A stretch of DNA of 64,000 nucleotides from NCBI RefSeq assembly GCF_009914755.1, contig NC_060928.1. One strand, 5' to 3'. The position numbers were made by a program, and so were the translations under genes. Source of the DNA: the human T2T-CHM13v2.0 reference genome, Homo sapiens. The notes beneath the pieces are model-generated. The model was not told where the DNA came from. It was given only the letters and a program-made list of their open reading frames with translations, and did not search any database. Each line of letters starts with the position of its first letter. Positions within the stretch are counted from its first letter, which is position 1. Below are positions 54,540 to 64,000 of the stretch, one piece after another.

Positions 54540-55320
54540 AACAACAAATTCTCTTACACCAACTGGGTGTCCTTAATTCAATTGAATTCTGACCTTTTCA
54601 GAGTTATCACAGATCACAAAAGTAAAAGGATTCAGCCCCACAGCACTGTCCCCACTTCAGATACCATTTACAAGTCCTGGGTCCCCAGGCTACCTGCACT
54701 TCTCTATGACTTGGCTATACATTCAGGGGTTCCTACGACCTCTTCTTTATATCTGCAAATTTGCTAGATCAACTCACAGAACTTAGGAAAGCACTCTACT
54801 TAAAATTACTGTTTTGTTTCAAAGAGTTCAACTCTGAAATAGCCAAAGGGAAGCAAGAAATAGGATAAGGTGTGGGGCAGTGGGGAGGAGGTTCACAGCT
54901 TGCACGATTTTTCTTAACAGAATCTAGGCATGCCACCCTCTCAAAACATTGATGTGTTCCCTGAAAGCTCCCTAAACTTCCTTGTTCAAGAGTATTTATT
55001 GAGGCTTCATTACATAGGCATGACTGATTAAATAACTGCTACCTGATTAAACTCAATCTCCAGCTCCCTTTCTTCTCTGGAGATTGCTGGGTGGAGCTGA
55101 AAGTTCCAATCCTCTAATCATGTGAGTGACAAGCCATTCCCTTTAAACGTTCCATAGGCCTGCCAGAGATCGCTTCCTCAGCATAAACTCACAACAGAAA
55201 GAGGTTCCTTATGAATAGCAAAAGATGCACCTACCCCTCAGGATATTTCAAGGGTTTTTGAATCACTGTGCCGGGAATGGAGAGCAAACACCAAATACAT
55301 ATTTTTTATTTTACTTCACA
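54540..55320 (-). mobile_element. MER21-family LTR
   Basis: ACACCAACTGGGTGTCCT.AATTCAATT.AATTCTGAC, CCCCACTTCAGA, GAAAGTTCCAATCCTCTAATCA and AGCATAAACTCA motifs; ends TTCACA. Confidence 0.75.
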
Positions 55321-55686
55321 TGGCTACAGCTATGTTCTATAGAATAATCAACAATTTCTTAGTAGTTTGGAGGCTTTTAAAATTCTCTGGTCATCCAAAG
55401 GATTTTGTTTTCCATTAAGCAAAGCTGCACATGAGACCATCAGGGACTACCCAGCTCTTCACCATTTTTGTTGATTTCCCTTGGGTTTTGTCTGAAGAAG
55501 TCTGATTTGCTATTTATCTTCATTCAATCAGTCTGATTCTATTCTGTTTTGGTTTTGGAGTCTTTTGTTGTATCATCTCTCAGGACAATGATTATGTAGA
55601 ATCATTTAATATTTTAAACAACATTATTGGATAACATTAGCTGACTCTGAGAAAGTAGATAGAATTAAAATATTATAACAAGGAGT

Positions 55687-55862
55687 GCTAGACAAAGTGG
55701 CTCATATCTGTAATCCCAGCTACTCAAGCGGCCAAAGTGGGAAGATCACTTGAGCCCAGGAGTTTGAGGCTGCAGTGAGCTATGATTATAGCTCCACTCT
55801 ATAGTTGTCCACTGTACTCCAGTCTGGACAACACAGCAAGACCCTGTCTCTAAATTTAAAAA
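55687..55862 (+). mobile_element. Alu monomer (FRAM/FAM-like)
   Basis: GTGGCTCATATCTGTAATCCCAGCTACTC...GATCACTTGAGCCCAGGAGTTTGAGGCTGCAGTGAGCTATG...GCAAGACCCTGTCTC plus an A-rich tail. Confidence 0.85.
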
Positions 55863-56842
55863 ATATATATTTTTTTCTTTTCTTTTTCAACTTTTATTTA
55901 CGATTCAGGGGGTACATGTACAAGTTTGTTACCTGGGTATATTGCATGATACTGAGGTTTGGGGTACAAATGATCCTGTAATCAAGGTACTGAGCACAGT
56001 ACCCAACAGTTAGTTTTTTAACCCTTGACCTTCTTTCTACCTTCCGCCTCTAGTAGTCCCTAGCATCTATTGTTGCTGTCTTATGTCCATGAGTACCTTA
56101 TGTTTAATTCCCACTTATAAGTAAGAACTTGCAATACTTTGTTTTCTGTTCCTCTGTTGATTTGCTTAGGATAATGATCTTCAGCTTCTTCCATGTCCCG
56201 CAAAGGACATAATTTTATTCTTTTTTATGGTTACATAGTATTCCATGGTGTATATGTGCTACAGTTTCTTCATCCAGTCCACTTTTGATAGCCTCCTGGG
56301 TTAATTCCAAGGCTTTGCAATTGTAAATGGTGCTGGGATGAACATGTGAGGACGTGTGTCTTTTTGGTAGAACAATTTGTTTTCTTTTGGATATATACCT
56401 AGTAATGAGAGTACTGGATCAAATGGTAGTTTCATTTTAAGTTCTTTGAGAAATCTGAAAATTGCTTTCCATAGGCACTGAACTAATTTACAATCCCGCC
56501 ACACTGTATAAGCATTCCCTTTTCATCACAACCTCACCAACATCTGTTTTTTGTTTGTTTGTTTGTTTTTGGCCTTAATAATAGCCATTCTGACTGGTGT
56601 GAGATGGTATCTCTGATTAGTGAGTGATGATGAGCATTTTTACATGTTTATGGGATGCTTGTATGTCTTCTTTTGAGAAGTGTCTGTTCATATCCTTTGT
56701 CCCTTTTTTAATAAGGTTATTTGTTTTTTGCTTGTGGAATCATTTAAGTTCTTTATATGTTCTGGATACTACACTTTTGTTAGATACACAGTTTGTGGAT
56801 ATTTTCTCCCATTCTGTAGGCCATCTGTTTACCCTGTATATA

Positions 56843-56949
56843 TTAGGTTGGTGCAAAAGTACTTATTTTTCATGACAAAAACTGCAATTACTTTTGCACC
56901 AATCTAATTACTTTGGCCATTAAAAATAATTACTTTTGCAGCAACCTAA
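56843..56949. mobile_element. Rearranged MADE1 (three TIR arms) inserted in L1
   Basis: TA|TTAGGTTGGTGCAAAAGTA...CAATTACTTTTGCACCAATCTAA...AATTACTTTTGCAGCAACCTAA|TA. Confidence 0.88.
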
Positions 56950-57711
56950 TAGTTTTTTTTTTTTTTTGCTGTGCAGAAGTTCTTTAGTTTAATTAGATTT
57001 CACTTGTAAATTTTTGGTTTTTTTGCAATTGCTTTTGAGGACTTAGTCATAATTCTTTTTCCAAGCTCATGTCCAGAATGGTGTTTCATAGGTTTTCTTC
57101 CAGATTTCTTATAGTTTGAAGTATTACATTAAAATTCATCTTGTGTTAATTTTTGTATATGGTGAAATGTAGGGGTCCAGTTTCATTTTTCTGCATATAG
57201 CTAGACAGCTATCCCAACACCATTTACTGAATAGGAATTCCTTTCCCCATTGCTTATTTTTCTTGACTTTGTCAACAATTAAATGGCTGTAGGTGTGCAG
57301 CTTTATTTATGAGTTTTCTATTTCGTTCCATTGGTCTCTATGTCTGTTTTTGTACATGCTGTTTTGGTTACTGTAGTCTTACAGTATAGTTCAAAGTCAG
57401 GTGATGTGATGCCTCCAGCTTTGTTCTTTTTGCTTAGGATTGCTTTGGGTATTTGTCCTCTCTTTTGGTTCCATACGAATTTTAAAATAGTTTTTTCCAA
57501 TTCTCTGAAAAATGACATTGGTAATTTGATAGGAATAGCATGGAATCTGTAGATTGCTTTGGGCAGTATGGCCACTTTAATAACACTGATTCTTCCTATC
57601 CATGAGCATGGAATGTTTTTCCATTTGTTTGTGTCATCTCTGATTTCTTTTAGCAATGTTTTGTAGTTCTCCTTGTAGAGATCTTTTACCTTGGTTAGAT
57701 GTATTCCTAGG

Positions 57712-57749
57712 TGTGTGTGTGTGTGTCTGTGTGTCTGTCTGTGTGTGTC
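57712..57749. repeat. (TG)n/(TGTC)n microsatellite
   Basis: GTGTGTGTGTGTGTGTCTGTGTGTCTGTCTGTGTGTGT. Confidence 0.9.
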
Positions 57750-58566
57750 TATTGTAAATGCAATTGTGTTCCTGACTTGTCTCTCAGCTTAAATGTTACT
57801 GGTGTATAGATATGCTACTGATTTTTGTATATTGATTGTCTATTCCAAAACTTTGCTGAAGATGTTAATCAGTTCTAGGAGACTTTTGGTGGAGTATTTA
57901 GGATTTTCAAGGTATAGAATTATGTTATCACCAAATTATATTATCACCGATATATTCCCTCAAATATATTTTCCAGTTTGTTTGCTTTTTCTCCTTCTCT
58001 GTCAGGAATGTCAATGATTCATGAGTTTCATTGCTTTACATAATCCCATATTTCTTGAAGACTGCTAATTTTTCAAAATTATTTTTTCTTTTTTTTGTCA
58101 GATTGGGTTAGTTCGAAAGACTGGTCTTCTAGCTCTGAAAATCTGTCTTCTGCTTGGTCCAGTCTACTGATAAATCTTTCAATTGTATTTTGAACTTCCT
58201 TAAGTGAGTTTTTCAATTCCCAAAGCTCTGATGGATTACTTTTTAAGATGTTTATCTTTTCTTTCATTCTCTGGATTGCTTTAGAAGTTACTTTGTGTTG
58301 GTTTTCAACCTTATCTTGGATCTCAATAAGCTTCTTTGCAATTATTGCTTTGAATTCTTTATCTGTCATTTTTTAGTGTCCATTTTGTTTAGGGACAATT
58401 GCTGGAGAACTAGTACAATCCTTTGGTGTTATCATGACATTCAGATTTTTCATGGTCCCAGAATACTTGCACTGGTTTCTTCTGATCTGTAGATGCTGGT
58501 ACTTCTAATTGTTGTAATTATTTTTGTGTGGATAGGATTTTTTCTTTTTAAAATTTTCCTATAATG

Positions 58567-58569
<3 letters not shown>

Positions 58570-58610
<41 letters not shown>

Positions 58611-58617
58611 TTATTAT
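58570..58617. repeat. (TTA)n microsatellite
   Basis: About 13 perfect TTA units followed by a degenerate end. Confidence 0.95.
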
Positions 58618-58999
58618 CTTTTTATTCTCCCTTTTTTTTCCCCCTGTCTCTAGGGCATGTGACTATAGAGAATGCTGGGTAGGGTCTTTTGGCTTTGTTT
58701 CTGTACCCTATGCACTTCTTTTAGAAAGTTTTATATTGGGCTGTGCAGTTTGTCCTATAAGCCCCTAGACGGCACTTACAGCTAAGAGCTGGCTACAGTC
58801 AACATAGCTGGATATATACTTGATCCTTATTTACTGGCAGAAGCTGTCTGATGCCTCAGGCAAAGGGCTGATTCATGGGAAACACAGTGGTTTGAGCTTT
58901 CTGCTGAAGCCTGGGACATGGAAGCCACAAACGGTGGTGTCAGACTGTGAAGGTCCATCTGCAGATTTGACGGAAGGCACAAACACTAGCACCAAGGGA

Positions 59000-59530
59000 G
59001 AATCCAGTGTGTGATGACCAGGCACCCAGAGGTATGCCAAGGCATGGAGCTGGGAAATCTCCTCCGTTCCAAGTTATCTGCATGGGGACTGGGGGAAGAT
59101 GAGTGCTCCAGTTGCCTGGATACCTGCCTGGGTGTGGAGCAGAGAGGGCACCCCTGCACCAAGATCTCCATACTGGAGTAGTGGGGCAACTTAAACTGCT
59201 GGACCAGGAAAGCCGGTGCTCTAAATGCCTGGAGATCTGCCTGGCCATAGAACAGGGAGGATTTTGCTACATCATGATATATGTCCAGGAAAAGTAGAAT
59301 GGCTCAGGCTATTGAGCCAGACAAGCAGATGCTCCTAATGCCTGGTGATCTGCCTGGGCATGGAGCAAAGAGGAGCACTCTGAACCAAGAATTCTGCACA
59401 GGAAGGGTGTGGAGGCTCAGGCTACTGAACCAGATGAACAGGTACTCTAAATGACTGGATTTCTGCCTAGTAGTAGAGAAGAAAGGGCCCCGCTGCACCA
59501 CAATCTCAGGGGAGCAGCGTGGGGCATCCA
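59000..59530. repeat. 113-bp tandem monomers in the L1 5' UTR (4-5 copies)
   Basis: TG(C/A)CTGG..(A/T)(C/T)CTGCCT anchors at 59113, 59226, 59339 and 59452. Confidence 0.85.
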
Positions 59531-60240
59531 GGAATGGCACATGCAGATCAGTTCCACTTTGCTAAGCTGGCTCTGGCTGCAAGTCTTGTCATCCAGGAGA
59601 AACTGCAGTTGTAGTAGCTCTCTTCCTGCCTCAGGCTTGTTACAGGGGAGAGCACAATTCCAGTGCCTACTGCTGAGGCACTTTCCATAGTTCTGGCTAT
59701 GGAGGCCCCTACACCACTCCAGAGGAGATGCTCCAATCTCTGGCCTGGGACTGAAATGCCTGTGCAGCCACACTGCTGGGTCACCAAAGAATAGTTGACT
59801 TTTTATGTGCCCAAATTAAAAATAGTGTCCTGATTTCAGTCCTAGGTCTGGGAAAGTATCTGCAGCTTTTCCTGGTGTCTTTTCCTCACAGCATCTCTGA
59901 GCCTGTCCCTAAGTTAACTCCAGGGTTTGGGAAAAGCAAAGTGCTCTTACTTGGCCTGGGTTGCTTGGATACCCAGTGGAAAGATGAGTCATAGAAGGAA
60001 GCTCTGCCTCTCTCACGTACGGGGCCTTCACTCACTGTCATGGTGGCTGTATGCTAGCCTTCTTCTCTCTGGAATCTGGGATGTCCTTCACAATTCTGGT
60101 AGATGCCCATTCTCCTTCTTGAATTAAAGCTCACAGAGTTGATATTTATGTATTATCTTGCTATTTCCAAATGGTTGAGGCATGCTGAAAGACTCTAATC
60201 CACTATCTTGAAAAAAAAATAAGGTAATTTAAAAATATTA

Positions 60241-60392
60241 TCCGAGCATGGTGGCACATGCCTATAGTCCCAGCTACTTGGGAGGCTGAGGTGGGAGGAC
60301 TGCCTGAGCCTAAGTGGTGGAGGATGCGGTGAGTTATAATCATGCCACTCTACTCTAGTCTGAGCTATGGAGCAAGATCTAAATTAAATTTT
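60241..60392 (+). mobile_element. Alu right-arm monomer (AluJ/FRAM-like)
   Basis: GCATGGTGGCACATGCCTATAGTCCCAGCTACTTGGGAGGCTGAGGTGGGAGGAC...GCCACTCTACTCTAG. Confidence 0.85.
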
Positions 60393-61739
60393 TAAAAAGG
60401 GACTGTTATCTGGAAGATTTCCTAGGCCTATCAAAGAAATATAATTACTATGTGAGTGGAAATTGATTATGTCCTTTGCTATCATAGAAAATATATAGTT
60501 TTAATGTTTGTTTACTAAGAAGGCCAGTGTGTTCCAACTGTGATAGGTTGCCTCATGGAAGAGTTTGTCAAGTGTCCATTTGAAATTAGTTAATGTTATC
60601 TTAATCTCATGAATCTTACAACTAGATTGTTCTCAGTGTCTCTTTTCAGAATTTGGGAGCAAATCCTGAACATTTCCATGAATTTGTTTTTCTGCTCTAT
60701 GAGAGGTCCTTATTTAAATACTTTAGGTATTGCAGCCTGGTAAGATTAACGATCTGCTAAAGTTTGTCTTCTAGCTTCCCTAAGAAGCACTCCCTTATAT
60801 GTTCAACACAAAACAATCCAGGTTAAAACAAAAACATATGAGACTAAAATTTAGATAAATAGTCAAACAAAAGGGAAGAAAAAGAATAAGAAGTTTAAGT
60901 AAAAAAAATTATCAAATATTGCAATGAAAGTTTTAATTACTTTATACAAGGCCTATATCCATGGTAAAGAAAATTAGAAAAAGGCCTAATTATATTATAC
61001 CATGATTTAGGTCTAATTGACATATATAAAGACCTATTGGTTATGAACCCTCTGGTAACAAAATTAAATAGCAACAAATCAAGTCAGTGCTTATTTCTAA
61101 TCAAGCTCAACTGGCAGCAAATTTGAAGGTCAAATGAAATTTGAGCACAAGGTATAAGGATAGCATGCTTATTGGTCTGAGGGTGCCACAGAATACTACC
61201 AAGTGAAGGGCTATGGAACTCATTCTTGGTCTAGTTTTGACTGAGAAAAGAATCTTCTGATCTTATATACAGTTTAGAAAAATAGTTTGTTTTGTTTTGT
61301 GTTGGGCATAGGAGCAGATGTAGGTTGTTGTCATTCCTAGAGAATGGTTTATGTTGTCCATGGAGGCAGGAGTGGGTTGCTATTAGTTTTTGAAATGTTT
61401 TCTGTTATTTACTGAAGTATGTTTGTCATTGTTTACCATACAGGTGGAACTCGGTTAATGTTAGTTTTAGAAGCATGGTTTGTAATGAGTCTATTGCTGG
61501 TTAGCTGATGTTCAAAATGTAGGGCTGTCACTGATTGGCTGGTTTTTAGACACGGATTGACTGAAAAGCGTTGTCATTGATCAGCAAAATATGTTAAAAG
61601 CCACATTTCTTATATTGACTTGTTAAAATGTCTACAGAACAATGACTTTTATTCTAGGAGTGTGGACTTTTAATTTTTATGTGTTAGGGATAATTTGTTC
61701 TTTGAAAGTTAAATAAAATAAAATAAAACTCTCTGTGCC

Positions 61740-62490
61740 TGAAGTTTAATTTGGGGAAATGTTTCTGTTTTGCTACTATTTCAAGTCCTTAGTAGTAGCA
61801 GGACTATTCAGGCTTTTAGTTGCTTCTTGATTCTGGTTCGGTAAGTTATAGTTTTCAATGTATTTGTCCATTTTGAATAAATTTTCAAAATTGTTGTCTC
61901 TTGAGACTATTTTCCTGTTATCTTTTAATTTTATTTATGCCTCATCTGTAGTCTGGTCATATTTTCCATTTATAATATTTGTGCTTTCTTTCTTTTTGTC
62001 TTTAATTGTCTTGTTAACTATTTGCATATTTTGATGTCATTTTTCTAAACAACCACTTTTTGGTTTTATTGATCCATCTATTGTGTTTTCATCACTCTAA
62101 TGTATATTTTCTATTTTATCATTTATGCTTTTATTTTTATTGTTTCTTTTCTTCTGTTATATTTGGGTATATTTGGTTATTATTTTCTAAATGTTAGATA
62201 CTTTGCTCATTAATTCTTAGCCTTTCTGAATTTCTGATGTATGCATTTAAAAATATAATGTTCCCTTAACGGGTGTCTTATGCAGCCCTATACATTTTGA
62301 CATGTAGTATTTCATTATTATACACCTCTAGGTCTTTTGAATTTTTCATATTGATTTATTTCTAACTCCTGAGTTATTTGGAAATTTTTTTCTAATTTTC
62401 AAATATAAGATAATTTGACTTATCTTTTTATTATTAACTTCTGAATTTCTTGGTTTGTGGTTAGAGCATATGGTCTCTATCATATCTGGA
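61740..62490 (-). mobile_element. Ancient L1M ORF2 fragment
   Basis: GACTATTCAGG, GTATTTGTCCATTT, TTTTGGTTTTATTGAT and ATTTTGACATGTAGTATTTCATT are antisense L1 ORF2 motifs. Confidence 0.65.
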
Positions 62491-62623
62491 AAATAGAGTA
62501 GAAGGGGTACAAGGGAGGTTTCAGTCCCAATTTCTACCAAAATGCTGAACCAGCAGAAGCTTCAACGTCTACTTTCCTTCCTCCTTATGCCTTTCTAAAT
62601 AGATTATACAATAACTCCTGGAG

Positions 62624-62859
62624 AGTTGTACTCTTTAGATCTTTTTTTCTGTCTCTTCTGGTGCTTATGAGTTTATATTCTCCTCCTTATGCCTTTCTAA
62701 ACAGATATACAATAACTTATTGTATTATATTGTATATTGTATAATTATATATTTATATACAATAAGTTATTGTATAATCTATTTAGAAAGGCATAAGGAG
62801 GAGAATATTAGCTCATAAGCACCAGAAGAGACAAAGAAAAAGACCTAAAGAGTACAACT
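62624..62859. repeat. Long inverted repeat (~102-bp arms, 31-bp AT-rich spacer)
   Basis: 62624-62725 is the near-perfect reverse complement of 62757-62859. Confidence 0.95.
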
Positions 62860-63639
62860 ATTTCAAAACTACAAATTGAAATTGTATTTCACTGAAAGTG
62901 GAGAAAATATAACTAAGAAACAAATAATACAGAGTAAGCATAATAAGTAAAAAAGGAAGCTATTAAATATATACAATAAGAATAAGAAAGCATAAGAAGA
63001 TCCAAATAGGATTATGTGTGAAGACAATAGATGAAATAAAGAATATAGTAGGTAGTATAAATAAATAATCAGTGAATTACAAAATTAAAGATTAGTTTGG
63101 GAAACATTCCAGAAAGAAACAAGGAAGCATAAATAAATAGAAAACTTAAAGAAAAGTTAAGGGACATATGGGGAAAAAACAAGTATAAATATCCTTAATC
63201 AAATTCCTGGAAAGAAAAAGTTCAAGAAGAAAATATAGCCATTCAAAGTAGCTAGGATATAATTCAGGTGAAACTTAGGACCTTCAGAACCTGCAGAAAC
63301 CTTGTATCTGAGTCTTCAAAGAAGTTTAGAACTTCACCAAGTTTAGAAGTAAAAGGAGGGACTAAATATTTTAGGAAACTTGGAAAAGAGAGGTTTGTTT
63401 CTGTATCTGTAAATAAGCCACATAGATTAAGTGTGAGATTTTGAGATTTGTTCTCACTCGAATGTATTCCAACTACTAATATGATTTGTCAGTGAGTTGG
63501 CCAAGCCCTTTTAGAGTTGTCAGAGATACCAATAACTCTCTACCTTAGACCCTAGACTTGGCCAGTCCAATTCACAGACCTATTGCTGCCTGGCTGGCCT
63601 CTGTAAGCATTTGCATGTAAATCCCCGTAATGATTATGA

Positions 63640-63810
63640 CTGTAGATTCTGAAGTCAGGGGCCTGGGTTCCAGTCCAACCTCTGTCGAACACTGATTGTA
63701 TAATACTGGGCAAATTACTTAACCTCCTCTCTGCTTTAGCTTCTATATCTGTAATACTAACTCTTGCAGCACTTTGTATAATTGTTCAGGATTTTACAAA
63801 AATACATCTC
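63640..63810 (+). mobile_element. MIR SINE
   Basis: TCTGAAGTCAG..GCCTGGGTTC.AGTCC...CTGGGCAAATTACTTAACCTC...ATCTGTAA. Confidence 0.8.
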
Positions 63811-64000
63811 ACAGTAGTTTCTGTTGTTATCAGCCAGTTTACACCAGAGCACATTTCGTTTTCTCCGATTTCTGATTGGTTTAGACACTTTATTACATAA
63901 TATCTTCAATGGTTCCTTGATCAGTAAGAATAAAAAGCCTGAGATACAGGTTACATCACTATTATAGTAGAATCCTTTGCTCAGATTTTTAGAACTATTT

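Larger units (their letters stand above)
55870..60225 (-). mobile_element. L1PA15/16-like LINE-1 with 3' end, distal ORF2, large internal deletion, ORF1 N-terminal part and 5' UTR
   Basis: 3' end TTCAACTTTTATTT..GATTCAGGGGGTACATG...TGATACTGAGGTTTGGGGTAC. ORF2 peptide [23 protein letters not shown]1 peptide MTDKEFK...LDQAEDRFSELED. 5' end revcomp TTCAAGATAGTGGATTAGAG at ~60210. Confidence 0.85.

Overview
AT-rich, CpG-depleted simian-primate (human-like) genomic DNA, intergenic or deep-intronic, and dominated by transposable elements. I found no intact protein-coding gene. The recognisable ORF-track peptides are L1 ORF1/ORF2 remnants or fragments of one processed cyclophilin A (PPIA) pseudogene (~17.0-17.75 kb, with 13-bp TSDs). 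The remaining ORFs look like chance open frames. The main landmarks are: (1) a ~12 kb nested block (24.2-36.5 kb) in which an old near-full-length L1MB-type LINE hosts an MSTA LTR, an AluJ, a full-length L1PA8A-like element and an unidentified poly(A)-tailed insert; (2) a minus-strand, internally deleted L1PA15/16-like element (55.9-60.2 kb) that appears to split an atypical Alu dimer; (3) a ~236-bp AT-centred long inverted repeat at 62.6-62.9 kb. Many MaLR/ERV LTRs, L2, MIR, Tigger, hAT and MADE1 relics fill the rest. Subfamily names come from recalled consensus similarity and need Dfam/RepeatMasker confirmation. Boundaries of old repeats are approximate. I see no convincing evidence of a new biological system. 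The findings are structural oddities of TE evolution and a few candidate regulatory or exon elements.
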